DNA of 64,000 bases. It comes from Hyphomicrobiales bacterium (GTDB lineage Bacteria > Pseudomonadota > Alphaproteobacteria > JAPOUT01). Positions within the stretch are counted from its first letter, which is position 1. Each line of letters begins with the position of its first letter. This document shows, in pieces, positions 53,952 to 64,000 of this stretch. A program made the translations under genes and the position numbers. The stretch spans positions 3,410 through 67,409 of the forward strand of contig JAPOUT010000001.1 of assembly GCA_026708545.1 (NCBI GenBank). The letters are read 5' to 3'. Under the pieces are notes generated by a model. That model was given only the letters and a program-made list of their open reading frames with translations. It made no database searches and was not told where the DNA came from.

Positions 53952-54553
53952 TTCTGCTCATCGACAATTACGACTCCTTCGTCTACAACCTCGCACGTTA
54001 TATCGAAGAACTCGGTTTTCCATGCCGTGTCGTTCGAAACGACGTCCTCAATGTCACGGAAGCGCTTTCGTTACAACCACGCGCAATCATACTCTCGCCG
54101 GGACCCTGCGCACCGAACGATGCAGGCATCTCGATAGAGATGGCACGCACTGTCGCCGCGCGCGGCGATATCGCCTTGCTGGGCGTATGTCTCGGACACC
54201 AGGCTGTCGTTCAAGCATTGGGAGGTCATGTTCGGGCGGCTTATCGTCCCATGCACGGAATGGCAGCGCAGGTGTTTCACAAAGGCGGAAGTCTGTTCTC
54301 AGGGATACCCTCAACCTTCACGGTCGGGCGCTATCACTCCCTTGCCGCAGACGTCGCGAGCAACGGCAAACTGCAAGCGTGCGCATGGGATAAAGATGGC
54401 GAGATAATGGCGGTCGAACATAAAGAGGCACCAGTGTTCGGCGTACAATTCCATCCGGAGTCGATTTTATCCGAACACGGACATTTATTGTTGGCAAATT
54501 TTTTAAACTTTGCAGGAATGAAGGCGAAGAGGGTTCCGCAGTGGGCGGCGTAG
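53948..54553 (+). CDS. pabA: aminodeoxychorismate synthase component II (class I glutamine amidotransferase)
   Basis: Begins MILLIDNYDSFVYNL; has GVCLGHQ (catalytic Cys) and FGVQFHPES. Confidence 0.8.
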   Translation: MILLIDNYDSFVYNLARYIEELGFPCRVVRNDVLNVTEALSLQPRAIILSPGPCAPNDAGISIEMARTVAARGDIALLGVCLGHQAVVQALGGHVRAAYRPMHGMAAQVFHKGGSLFSGIPSTFTVGRYHSLAADVASNGKLQACAWDKDGEIMAVEHKEAPVFGVQFHPESILSEHGHLLLANFLNFAGMKAKRVPQWAA

Positions 54554-55398
54554 ATGAAACATATGCATTTTGCTGGTTGAACGGACGAACAATGCGGCAC
54601 GAAGAGGCGCACATTGCTCCGAATGACAGGGGGTTTCTGCTGGGCGACGGCGTTTTCGAGACGGTGCTATTACGACGCGGACAGGCGGTTTGGTGGCGGG
54701 AGCATGTGCGACGGCTCCAGCACGGCGCGCAGGTATTGGGAATGGTGCCGCCCGGGGACAATGTGTTGTCGAATGCGTTTGATGAAATCGTCGCGACAAA
54801 CAATCTGGAAAATATTAACGAGAATGTGTTGCGAATCACCTTTTCAAGAGGAAGCGGAGGCCGCGGATTATCGGCGGACAGAGAGCATAAAGCGACTTTG
54901 CTGCTACAGGTGAGCGCAATGGTCTCTCCGAGCGACTGCGCAAGGGCAGTGATCGTGGAATCAGTCCGACGAAGCGAATCGAGTGTTTCATCACGCTTGA
55001 AAACATTGTCTTATATCGATGGTGTATTGGCGCAGCAAGAAGCGGAAGCTCAAGGATTTAGCGAAGCGTTGCTACGTAATGATGCCGGTCGATTGGTTTG
55101 CGGAGCACGGGCAAATCTATTCGTTTGGCGGAACGGCGAGTTATGGACACCACCAATCAGCGAGGGATGCCTGCCCGGAATTGCGCGAGGGTATTTGCTG
55201 GATATTGCAAGGGACAGAGGGGTTGCGTGCAGGGAAGAGAGTTTGGAAGATTTGCGGGCGGATGATTGTGTTTTGCTAACCAATAGCCTGCGGGGGGCCA
55301 TGATGCTGGCGGAGGTTGGCGGCATTGCGTTGCGCCCCGCCGACAAATGCGATGATTTAACCGCGCTCCTGTCAGTCTTTCGGGAGCGTATGACTTAG
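54541..55398 (+). CDS. pabC: aminodeoxychorismate lyase (fold-type IV PLP enzyme); start uncertain (GTG at 54541)
   Basis: Has LNG..DRGFLLGDGVFET and the class IV aminotransferase fold; overlaps the pabA end. Confidence 0.7.
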   Translation: MGGVDETYAFCWLNGRTMRHEEAHIAPNDRGFLLGDGVFETVLLRRGQAVWWREHVRRLQHGAQVLGMVPPGDNVLSNAFDEIVATNNLENINENVLRITFSRGSGGRGLSADREHKATLLLQVSAMVSPSDCARAVIVESVRRSESSVSSRLKTLSYIDGVLAQQEAEAQGFSEALLRNDAGRLVCGARANLFVWRNGELWTPPISEGCLPGIARGYLLDIARDRGVACREESLEDLRADDCVLLTNSLRGAMMLAEVGGIALRPADKCDDLTALLSVFRERMT

Positions 55399-56609
55399 AC
55401 ACCGAGGGAGGCAATCTCCTCACGGGCACACCGAACGGCCCAATCCGAATCACCCTCAAAACCCCCGGAAATCCAGCGAGACTCGACACGAGACAACACT
55501 CTCCCGACCAACTCGCCTTCTCCAACACCCAAATCCATCACCATTGAGCCCGTCAAAGGAAAATCCGGAATCTCGCCCTCAAGACCCTCCAAAGCCTTCT
55601 TCCATTCCTTGACGTTGTCGCGGGCGGCTCCGTTCGACCAGGAGAGCAGCAAAATGTCACGCGCGGATGCACGACCGTAACGATACAATAAACTGCGCAC
55701 TTCCAGGCCCGAAGGAACGTTCGACAGCATCGCCGAAAACATCACGGCAAGACGGCGCGTATAGGCGCGTGAAAAACGCAACCGTTCGCTGACGTCCCGC
55801 GCCGCATTTTCATCGCGCAACAAAATTCCCAAACGCAAACCGGCGTCGCTTTCCAAACCCAGAGAAGATTCAATTTCAATCAACGCTTTGTAACGTTCGA
55901 GTCTCACATCTCCCAAACATTCCTTTAACACGCCGCAAGATTCCATCCACTCGAGAGCATTACCACCGCGCGGTAACATCAATATACGCGACACCTCCTC
56001 GTCGATACGTTCGCCGGAAATGCGTGACAATCCCCCGCGCAACTCTTCACAAGCGGACAAACCTTCGGCATCAGGATGCGCACCTCCGTAGCCGGCGGTA
56101 AAACGAAAGAAGCGCAGGATCCGCAGATAATCCTCCTTTATGCGCTCGCGAGATTCTCCTATAAAGCGAACACGCCCCGCTCTTAAATCCGCCGCACCGT
56201 CAAGGGGGTCATGCAATACACCTTTGCCGTCAAGATAGAGAGCGTTGACAGTAAAGTCACGGCGTGCCGCATCTTCATCCCAATCATCGATTGCCTTAAT
56301 ACGAGCGTGCCGTCCGTCAGTCTCCTCGTCCCGACGCAATTGCGTTATCTCGAAGCGGGTTCCTCCAACCCATGCCGAAACCGTACCATGCGCCAAACCC
56401 GTGGGAACAACACGAACACCTTCGCGAACCAACCTCGCAATAACCTCGTCGGGCGAAAGACGGGACGCTACATCAATATCCCCAACTTCAAGTTCGAGCA
56501 AAACGTCCCGCACCGCCCCTCCGACAAGACGGATGTTTTCCTCTCCAAGCATCGCAAACAGCAAACGCACATCTTCGCGCCCGACCAACTCTTCCAACGA
56601 CGCCTTCAT
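55395..56609 (-). CDS. cca: CCA tRNA nucleotidyltransferase / poly(A) polymerase-family protein
   Basis: Pol-beta nucleotidyltransferase head (GGAVRDVLLELEVGDIDVAS, RRDFTVNALY). Confidence 0.8.
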   Translation of the reverse strand: MKASLEELVGREDVRLLFAMLGEENIRLVGGAVRDVLLELEVGDIDVASRLSPDEVIARLVREGVRVVPTGLAHGTVSAWVGGTRFEITQLRRDEETDGRHARIKAIDDWDEDAARRDFTVNALYLDGKGVLHDPLDGAADLRAGRVRFIGESRERIKEDYLRILRFFRFTAGYGGAHPDAEGLSACEELRGGLSRISGERIDEEVSRILMLPRGGNALEWMESCGVLKECLGDVRLERYKALIEIESSLGLESDAGLRLGILLRDENAARDVSERLRFSRAYTRRLAVMFSAMLSNVPSGLEVRSLLYRYGRASARDILLLSWSNGAARDNVKEWKKALEGLEGEIPDFPLTGSMVMDLGVGEGELVGRVLSRVESRWISGGFEGDSDWAVRCAREEIASLGV

Positions 56610-56875
56610 TCGAACTGCCCGGGAACGATGCCGCCCCGCTCAAAACGCGGTGGCGAATACACCTTGCCGGTTTCTTCGCCCTCCACTAACGCAAATGTGA
56701 ATAAAGACATCGCGACCAGCAACAATCCGGACGCCGTCAGCCACACTAGGGCCTTCGAGCCGATCTTGCCCTTACGCCGAGCGGGAAACAGCCTCCGAAT
56801 CGCGTGAATATACAGCCCGTAAGCCGCAAACGGCAGCAAAAACCATCCCAGTTGAATAAGAAAAATCCGTAACAA
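56606..56875 (-). CDS. small two-helix membrane protein (hypothetical)
   Basis: 89 aa with two hydrophobic segments; its stop overlaps the cca start by 4 nt. Confidence 0.45.
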   Translation of the reverse strand: MLRIFLIQLGWFLLPFAAYGLYIHAIRRLFPARRKGKIGSKALVWLTASGLLLVAMSLFTFALVEGEETGKVYSPPRFERGGIVPGQFE

Positions 56876-56968
56876 TTAGGCCCAATCCTGTCTTTGCATA
56901 CTACCATCAAAAGCATTTAGAGGGTATCATAGCAACACAACCCTGTAATCTGCTACACCATTGGAGCT

Positions 56969-57991
56969 ATGAATACCGCACTTCCTGATTTGTCCACAAC
57001 ATCCGGCTCGCCCGAAACAGAAAACGACCTCGTGCGCGAGGCTGAAAGCCTGTGCGCTTCCCTGCAACACGCCCGCGATGCCATCGCCGAAGCCATCCTC
57101 GGGCAGAACGAAGTCATTGAGCAGACACTTGTTACGTTGCTGTGCGGCGGACACGCACTCCTCGTGGGATTGCCCGGTCTCGGTAAAACATCCCTCGTGC
57201 ACGCGACCGCCAGGGCCCTCGACATGCAAGAGGGGCGAATCCAATTCACGCCCGACTTGCTGCCCGGCGACATCCTGGGCTCCGAGATTCTTGAAGACGG
57301 CGACGACGGCAGGCGGAGTTTTCGATTTCTTCCCGGTCCCATCTTCTGTCGCTTGTTGATGGCAGACGAAATCAACCGGGCGTCTCCGCGGACGCAGTCG
57401 GCATTGTTGCAGGGCATGCAGGAGAAGTTCATCACCGTCGCGGGCAAACGCTACGACCTCCCCACACCGTTCCACGTCCTTGCAACGCAAAACCCCATCG
57501 AGCAAGAAGGAACCTACCCGCTCCCGGAAGCGCAACTCGACCGCTTCCTCATGCACATCGAGATGCGCTACCCCAATCTTGAGACCGAACAACGCATTCT
57601 CGTCGAAACGACCGGTGAAAAACCTCTCGAAGCAAACGCGGCCTTGTCGATTGAGAATCTCCTACGCGCACAAATGCTCGTGCGGCGCATGCCCGTCGGC
57701 GAACGGGTCGCAAACATGATTTTACGGTTGATACGCTCGGCTCGACCCGACGAAGACGCCGATGGTAAAATTCTATGGGGGCCCTCCTCGCGAGCCGGAC
57801 AAGCGTTGATGTTGGCGTCACGAGCGCGAGCCCTGCTGCAAGGGCGCTTCGCACCCTCCGCAGAAGACATCCATGCACTTGCCGTCCCCATTCTCCGACA
57901 CCGGATGGCCCTGCGCTTTGAGGCCATTGCCGCAGGAACTCGTGTTGAGGACCTCATTCTTGAGCGCGTCAACCAAGCCGACACACCCTAA
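56969..57991 (+). CDS. MoxR-family AAA+ ATPase
   Basis: Walker A GLPGLGKT, Walker B LLMADEINRASP, and a MoxR-type C-terminus. Confidence 0.85.
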   Translation: MNTALPDLSTTSGSPETENDLVREAESLCASLQHARDAIAEAILGQNEVIEQTLVTLLCGGHALLVGLPGLGKTSLVHATARALDMQEGRIQFTPDLLPGDILGSEILEDGDDGRRSFRFLPGPIFCRLLMADEINRASPRTQSALLQGMQEKFITVAGKRYDLPTPFHVLATQNPIEQEGTYPLPEAQLDRFLMHIEMRYPNLETEQRILVETTGEKPLEANAALSIENLLRAQMLVRRMPVGERVANMILRLIRSARPDEDADGKILWGPSSRAGQALMLASRARALLQGRFAPSAEDIHALAVPILRHRMALRFEAIAAGTRVEDLILERVNQADTP

Positions 57992-57997
57992 GCAATC

Positions 57998-58864
57998 GTG
58001 AGACCAATCCTCGACCAGGTAATCGCCGTAGCGGCAAGAACATCGGCAAACTCGCGCACACGCCTCGAAATCGAAGCCGAGAAACTCGCCTTGAGTCTGC
58101 CTCCGGTGCGCGCAACCGCGACGCTCGCACGCGCAAGCGTCGACCCCGGGGTCCACGGGCACAAACGCGCGGGAACCGGTGAAAGTTTCTGGCAATTCAG
58201 AAGATTCCAAGAAGGCGACTTTCGCAGCGACATCGACTGGAGAGCGTCCGCACGACACGAACACCTTCACGTTCGCGAACGCGAAAAGGAAGCACCCCTG
58301 CGATTCCGTCTTTGGTGGAGCAACGCACACACGATGTCCTATAACTCCAGACGCAAACTTCCCCACAAGCATGAACGCGCCACCGTCTTGTTGCTGGCAC
58401 TTGCCCGGCTGCTGCGGCGCGGAGGTGAAAAGGTCGAAACGCTCGAGGGCGAGACGGAAAATCCGCTCAATCGCGCACCTACGGAATCGAGAGCATCGTG
58501 CCTGATTCTGGCAAGCGATTTTCTCGATGCTCCCGACGACCTGTACGAGCGGATGCGTCCGCTCGCTTCGGGCAACACCACAGGGCACTTGCTGCACATC
58601 GTTGACCCGGCGGAAAAAAAATTTCCATTCCAGGGGCGAACTGGTTTTACCAACTCCGAAGGAGTCATTCGGCAAATCCTCGGCAACGCGGAGGATTGCA
58701 CGCGCGAATACCGAAAGCGCTTCACGCAGCACTGCGACCGGATCGAAAAAACCGCGCGCGCGCTCGGATGGAGTTTGCAGCGGCATTATACCGATGAAAC
58801 CGCGCGAAACGCCCTTCTTAAATTGCATCAACGCTTGAGCGCACCGGCGGGAGCGGCATCGTGA
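57998..58864 (+). CDS. DUF58-domain protein
   Basis: DUF58 core (GESFWQFRRFQEGDFRSDIDWRASAR); canonical partner of MoxR. Confidence 0.8.
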   Translation: MRPILDQVIAVAARTSANSRTRLEIEAEKLALSLPPVRATATLARASVDPGVHGHKRAGTGESFWQFRRFQEGDFRSDIDWRASARHEHLHVREREKEAPLRFRLWWSNAHTMSYNSRRKLPHKHERATVLLLALARLLRRGGEKVETLEGETENPLNRAPTESRASCLILASDFLDAPDDLYERMRPLASGNTTGHLLHIVDPAEKKFPFQGRTGFTNSEGVIRQILGNAEDCTREYRKRFTQHCDRIEKTARALGWSLQRHYTDETARNALLKLHQRLSAPAGAAS

Positions 58865-61794
58865 ACATCGGAGCGTTTCTCATTCACGCGCCCTGGGCGC
58901 TGCTGGCAGCCGCACTGTTGCCGGTGCTATGGTGGTTGATACGATTTCTTCCGCCGCCGCCCCGACGCATCTGGTTTCCTCCGCTGGCACTCTTGGAAGG
59001 ATTGCGCTCGGCGACGCGCGCACGGATCCACCCTAATTACTGGTTGCTGTTGCTGCGCATGCTTATCTGCGCGTTGGTTTTGGCGGCCATGGCTGACATC
59101 TTTTACCTGCGCGACATCGCCTCGCATTTGGGACGCGAATCGGTGCGCCTGATTGTTATCGACAATGGATGGTCGGCGGCAACAGGATGGCAGGAACGCG
59201 TCGAAGCGCTGGAACGGTTGATCGATGAAGCCGAACGCGACCGGCGCAGAGTCTTGCTGCTGACAAGCGCGGACGATATAGAGGAGATGTCGTTCGAACC
59301 GGTCAGCGCGGCCAAGGCGCGTCTGCTTGCCGATGCGCTTGAGCCGCTGCCTTGGCGAAGCGACCGAATTGCCCTCGCACAACGACTCGACTCTTTAATC
59401 AAAGACTCTTCCCCCGAGTGGCTTGACGGCGTTGAACCTGTTTGGATTGATGACGGCATTGAGGAAAAACGCGACGGCGGCGGTGCCGAAGCACTCGCTT
59501 CAACATTATCGCTCTTGGGTGAACGCGGTATTGCGCCGCGCAGACTCTCTCATGCATACGGCAACGGCAATGCGTTGCTGGCGTTGCGCCCGTCAACGCC
59601 CTCGGAAGATGCGGACGCGGTCCTCCTGTCACCGGGCGTCACACAGCGCAATGTTAACGAAAAAATCAATGTCGCCGTTGATGCTTTCGATAGCAACGGC
59701 AAACGCGTCGCACGGGAAGAAATCGAACTTGATGCCAACACCCGCGAAACTCCCCTGCACTTCGATCTGCCTTTGTTGTCCTCGAGCAAAATTGCGCAAA
59801 TTGCCGTGCAGGGACAGGCATCCGCCGCCGCCGTCCTTCTGCAAGGCTCAAGCACGCATCGGCTTCCCGTCGCATTCCTGGATTCCAATCCGTCGCAAAG
59901 CGAGCGTCCCTATTTTTCCGGGCTCTACTATCTCCGCCGCGCGCTCGCACCCTTTGTGCAGTCGCGTACCGCATCCGACACATCGAAAGCGGGCGGGAAC
60001 TCGCCACTCGAACGATTGCTCGAAGAAGCGCCTGCCGTCGTCATCCTTGACGATGTCGCGCGCATGACGGCTTCCGAAAGCCGCACCCTGGCAAACTGGG
60101 TCGAACGCGGCGGCATTCTCATCCGCTTCGCCGGAACCAACACCGCGCAAGCGCAAACATCCGATGATGCCGACGAACTCTTGCCGGTGCGGTTGCGAAG
60201 CGATGAGCGTGTTCTCGGAGGCGCGCTTTCATGGGATTCGCCAAGACGCCTGGGCAAATTCGAAGAAGACAGTCCGTTCTACGGACTCGACATTCCCGCC
60301 GAGGTTACGGTCTCGAGACAAATACTCTCACTTCCCGATTCCACCGGCACGGGACAAGAACGCGCACAAATCTGGGCAAAACTCTCGGATGGCTCGCCTC
60401 TCGTAAGCGCACGTCCGAAAGGCCGGGGGCTTCTCGTTTTCTTCCATGTCACCGCGGCGCCGCATTGGTCGAATCTGCCTTTGTCCGGACTCTATGTTGA
60501 TATGCTCAGGCGAATCCTTCGACTCTCTCCCGGACCTGTCGCACCCGGGCAAACATCCTCCGAGAGCACTCTTGCAACCCGCTCAACCGATGCCGCCAGC
60601 CGGGAATCCTTGCGGCCTTTCCTGACACTCGACGGCTTCGGCGTGCTCGGATCGCCTCCGACATCCGCGCGAGCGTTCGAAACCGACAGAATCAACTCCA
60701 TACAGGCGTCCGCACAGCACCCTCCCGGATTCTACGGAAACGCGGGCGCCCTTGAATCCGTCAACGTGCTCGGCAAGGACGATAAAATCATCGCGCTTGA
60801 AAACGCCGGCGCCGACGCGCTCAACGGCATTCCCGCACTTCCGCTTCTCGAACTCGGCGCCCTTTCGCTCACACCTTATCTCCTCTGGCTCGCCTTCGCC
60901 TTGTTATTGCTCGACTCCGCTATCGCTTTGCGCTCCCTGCGTCCGTCGCTCGCTCCCGTCAAAGCCGCAAGCATCGCCGTCATGCTAATGATGGCCGCCC
61001 CGGCGTTCGCGCAATCCACATTCAACGCCAATGATGTCGCACCCATCCCCGTGCCCGAAGCCCTGCGAAGTTTCACGCTCGCATACGTCAAAACCGGAAA
61101 CGCGCAGATCGACAATATGAGTCGCGACGGCTTGCGCGGGCTCGCCCGTGAACTCCACAAGCGCACAACCGTCTATTCCGACATCCCTGAAGGCGGACGC
61201 CCGTCCGATCCCATCGGCGTCAACATTGAAAATGACGAGCTCGCATATTTTCCTCTACTTTACTGGCCCGTCACACCGGAACAATCCGCACTTTCGACTC
61301 GGGGCAAAGCGCAACTCACCGAATATCTGCGCTTTGGCGGAATGGTTCTTTTCGACACTCGCGACAGGCATCCGGGAACATCGTCACTTGGAGGAGGCGC
61401 GACCGAAGGCGAGTTAGCGCTCCAGCGATTGCTCGAAGATATCGATATCCCGCCGCTCATGCCGGCGTCATCCGCGCACGCGCTCGGTAAATCCTTCTAC
61501 CTGCTTGACGAATTCCCCGGACGCTACGCGGGCGGGCGCGTGTGGGTCTCGGCCTCCGAAGGGGAAGACGGCAACAAAACCGTCTCGCCCGTTGTCATCG
61601 GCGGACACGACTGGGCCGCCGCCTGGGCATTAAACGCTTTCGACCGTCCGTTGATACTGCCGTTGCCCGGACGCGAACGTCAAAGAGAAATGGCGCGGCG
61701 CTTCGGCGTTAACCTCGTGCTCTACGCGCTAACCGGAAACTACAAACAAGACCAGGTCCACCTGCCAATTCTCCTCGAAAGGCTCGCTCACTGA
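58861..61794 (+). CDS. large membrane-anchored protein with a BatA_N-like N-terminus (DUF4159-like)
   Basis: 977 aa. N-terminal transmembrane helix followed by a Pro-rich LPPPPRRIWFPP motif, as in the aerotolerance-regulator N-terminal domain. GTG start overlaps the DUF58 stop. Confidence 0.6.
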   Translation: MNIGAFLIHAPWALLAAALLPVLWWLIRFLPPPPRRIWFPPLALLEGLRSATRARIHPNYWLLLLRMLICALVLAAMADIFYLRDIASHLGRESVRLIVIDNGWSAATGWQERVEALERLIDEAERDRRRVLLLTSADDIEEMSFEPVSAAKARLLADALEPLPWRSDRIALAQRLDSLIKDSSPEWLDGVEPVWIDDGIEEKRDGGGAEALASTLSLLGERGIAPRRLSHAYGNGNALLALRPSTPSEDADAVLLSPGVTQRNVNEKINVAVDAFDSNGKRVAREEIELDANTRETPLHFDLPLLSSSKIAQIAVQGQASAAAVLLQGSSTHRLPVAFLDSNPSQSERPYFSGLYYLRRALAPFVQSRTASDTSKAGGNSPLERLLEEAPAVVILDDVARMTASESRTLANWVERGGILIRFAGTNTAQAQTSDDADELLPVRLRSDERVLGGALSWDSPRRLGKFEEDSPFYGLDIPAEVTVSRQILSLPDSTGTGQERAQIWAKLSDGSPLVSARPKGRGLLVFFHVTAAPHWSNLPLSGLYVDMLRRILRLSPGPVAPGQTSSESTLATRSTDAASRESLRPFLTLDGFGVLGSPPTSARAFETDRINSIQASAQHPPGFYGNAGALESVNVLGKDDKIIALENAGADALNGIPALPLLELGALSLTPYLLWLAFALLLLDSAIALRSLRPSLAPVKAASIAVMLMMAAPAFAQSTFNANDVAPIPVPEALRSFTLAYVKTGNAQIDNMSRDGLRGLARELHKRTTVYSDIPEGGRPSDPIGVNIENDELAYFPLLYWPVTPEQSALSTRGKAQLTEYLRFGGMVLFDTRDRHPGTSSLGGGATEGELALQRLLEDIDIPPLMPASSAHALGKSFYLLDEFPGRYAGGRVWVSASEGEDGNKTVSPVVIGGHDWAAAWALNAFDRPLILPLPGRERQREMARRFGVNLVLYALTGNYKQDQVHLPILLERLAH

Positions 61795-63842
61795 TGGCAA
61801 TCGAAATCGCCTTCGCACCCCTGGCTTCCATGCTCGCGCTGCTTATCGCCGGCGGGGCGGTGGTGGCGTTCGCGGCGATGGCTCTCTATTGGCGTGCATG
61901 GGAAACATTCTGGCGTGTCATTCCGCTCGGACTTTTGTTGCTCGCACTGGCCGCGCCTTATTTAGAGGAAGAACGTCGAACACCCCTCAAAGACATCGTT
62001 GTCCTGGTATCCGACCACACGCCGAGTCAAGAACTCGCCGAACGGGGACTTCAACGCGAGCAGGCAATGGACCACCTTCGCGAACAAATCGAACGCCTCG
62101 ACAACATCGAAACACGCATCCTGACCGTCGAAGAAGACTCGCGCGGGGGAACAAGGCTGTTCTCCGCATTGCAAGAGGCCCTTGAAGGCCTGCCGCGCGA
62201 AAGGCTTGCCGGAGCCATAATGGTCACCGACGGGCAGGTTCATGATATTCCCGATCCCGCCGAGGCCGACCTTTCCATGCCCTTCCATGTGCTTCTCACC
62301 GGCAAACCCGACGAAATCGATAGAACCCTCCGCATCGAACACGCTCCGGGATTCGGACTCGTCGGCGAGGCGGTTGAGGCGCTCCTGCGCGTTGAAGACT
62401 TCCCGAAAAACGAAGGCAAAAGCGCACGCTTGCGTTTGCGACTCGATGGCGTCGAACGCGAAACTATCACTGTTCGAAGCGGCGAAACCATCCCTCTGCA
62501 AATCCCCCTGCTCCATGCCGGCGCAAACATCCTTGAGGCCGAGGTCACACCGCTCGACGGCGAAACCTTTCTCGACAACAACCGCATCGTCCTTGAGATT
62601 CAAGGCATCAGGGAGCGTCTGCGCGTGCTGTTGGTTTCCGGACGCCCCCATCCGGGAATGCGTGTCTGGCGTTGGCTCCTCAAGGGGGATGCGGCCGTCG
62701 ATCTTGTCCACTTCACCGTGCTACGCGATCCAAGGCAGTCCGACGACATCCCCAACTCGGAGTTGTCATTGATTCCGTTTCCCGCGCGCGAACTCTTTCT
62801 CGACAGGCTTGACGAATTCGATCTTGTCATATTCGACAACTACCGTCTTCGCGGAATTCTCCCGCAAGATTATTTCGACAACATCGTGCGCTACATTTTC
62901 GATGGCGGCGCGTTGCTCGTAGCATCCGGGCAGGACTTTGCAACCGGAAACGGTTTGTACAACTCGCCGCTTTCGGAAGTCTTGCCGTTGCGGCCGACCG
63001 GCGGACTTATCGAGCGCCAGTACGTCCCCCGCATCGAAGGCGCAGGCCTGCGCCATCCTGTCACGGCAAACCTGGCGAATGCGGGAGGCTCGTGGGGTGG
63101 ATGGTTCCGGCTTGTCGAAGGTGAAGTCATTGACGGGGACGTGCTGATGACGGGACTCGGAGGACGCCCGCTGTTGGGATTGCACCGCGTCGGCGAGGGG
63201 CGCGTTGCACAACTGATGTCCGACCACATCTGGCTCTGGGCGCGCGGATTCGCCGAAGGAGGCCCCCACGCCGACCTCCTGCGCGCTCTCGCCCACTGGC
63301 TCATGCGCGAACCCGAACTCGAGGAAGAACGTTTATGGGGAGAGGTTGAAGGAGATGTCCTGACCGTGCAGCGCGCGGGCATGGGCAATACCGCCTCGCC
63401 CGTGGAGGTGACATCGGCATCGGGGAAGGTTCGAGAGGTTGAGTTGGAAGAGGTCGGATTGGGACGCTGGCGCGGACAGATCGAATTAGGAGAGGATTTG
63501 TCCGGCGAGGCGATTCGCTTGCGCGGCGACGGGTTGGAGACCTTGCTGGCGGTCGAGGGCGGGGACGGCCTAGAAAAAGACGAGGTGCGGTCGCGCGCGG
63601 ATTTGCTTGAGCCGGTGGTCGAAGCGAACGGAGGGTTCTCAGGATGGATCGATTCGGAACTGCCGAAGGTGCTACAGGTTAATGCCGACGCGCCGCCCTC
63701 GGGCGCGGGATGGCTGGGGTTGCGGGAGAACGGCAATTATGTCGTCGGCTCGGTCGACCGGGTTTCCTTGCTGCGTGGAATGTTTGCGGTGCTGGTGATG
63801 TTTGGCGCGCTGGCGTGGTGCTGGTGGCGCGAGGCGCGCTGA
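61794..63842 (+). CDS. membrane-anchored hypothetical protein, terminal gene of the MoxR module
   Basis: 682 aa. N-terminal transmembrane helices and a C-terminal transmembrane helix (FAVLVMFGALAWCWW). The 1-nt TGATG overlap with the upstream gene indicates translational coupling. Confidence 0.5.
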   Translation: MAIEIAFAPLASMLALLIAGGAVVAFAAMALYWRAWETFWRVIPLGLLLLALAAPYLEEERRTPLKDIVVLVSDHTPSQELAERGLQREQAMDHLREQIERLDNIETRILTVEEDSRGGTRLFSALQEALEGLPRERLAGAIMVTDGQVHDIPDPAEADLSMPFHVLLTGKPDEIDRTLRIEHAPGFGLVGEAVEALLRVEDFPKNEGKSARLRLRLDGVERETITVRSGETIPLQIPLLHAGANILEAEVTPLDGETFLDNNRIVLEIQGIRERLRVLLVSGRPHPGMRVWRWLLKGDAAVDLVHFTVLRDPRQSDDIPNSELSLIPFPARELFLDRLDEFDLVIFDNYRLRGILPQDYFDNIVRYIFDGGALLVASGQDFATGNGLYNSPLSEVLPLRPTGGLIERQYVPRIEGAGLRHPVTANLANAGGSWGGWFRLVEGEVIDGDVLMTGLGGRPLLGLHRVGEGRVAQLMSDHIWLWARGFAEGGPHADLLRALAHWLMREPELEEERLWGEVEGDVLTVQRAGMGNTASPVEVTSASGKVREVELEEVGLGRWRGQIELGEDLSGEAIRLRGDGLETLLAVEGGDGLEKDEVRSRADLLEPVVEANGGFSGWIDSELPKVLQVNADAPPSGAGWLGLRENGNYVVGSVDRVSLLRGMFAVLVMFGALAWCWWREAR

Positions 63843-63843
63843 C

Positions 63844-64000
63844 GTCAAAACCAAACCCGCCCGTGCGGCATATCGCCTCCGCGCCACAACACCCTTTGCA
63901 CGTCCACCGGTCCGGGAAAAATGATGCGTCCCGGGAGAGCTATCTCAAACCCGACGCGGCGATAGTAGGGCGCATCTCCCACCAGCAGCACGCCCGAACA
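63844..64000 (-). CDS. partial GNAT-type acetyltransferase, C-terminal fragment; the 5' end lies outside the window
   Basis: Reverse-strand translation ends ...LLVGDAPYYRRVGFE...*, a GNAT-like C-terminal motif. No start codon in the window; not in the ORF track. Confidence 0.3.

Overview
This 64-kb window looks like an alphaproteobacterial chromosome segment. Most of it is about 57-60% GC in hand-counted lines, and lpxI is present. The order is: the 3' end of icd, the complete nuoA-N operon with birA overlapping its end, mce, DUF1467, proS, lolCE and lolD, dnaE, and then rpsB-tsf-pyrH-frr-uppS-cdsA-dxr-rseP-bamA-skp-lpxD-fabZ-lpxA-lpxI-lpxB. An accessory stretch follows. It starts with a roughly 3-kb island of about 30-35% GC carrying a BCP-like peroxiredoxin, an MFS transporter, a small cupin with a coupled upstream micro-ORF, and a LysE exporter. 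Next come a MaoC double-hot-dog dehydratase, an RND efflux pair, efp, suhB and fhs. After fhs sits an isolated DUF3800 gene of about 40-45% GC with its own promoter-like element and a structured leader, followed by a PQQ-type sugar dehydrogenase lipoprotein, pabB-pabA-pabC, cca on the minus strand, and a translationally coupled MoxR-DUF58-BatA_N giant protein-membrane protein operon. No rRNA, tRNA, CRISPR, transposase or integrase was recognised. The most novel candidates are the standalone DUF3800 gene and its leader, the low-GC transporter/cupin island, and the poorly characterised MoxR/DUF58/BatA-like four-gene module. All start positions, GC estimates and regulatory motifs were worked out by hand from the sequence and ORF track and are approximate.
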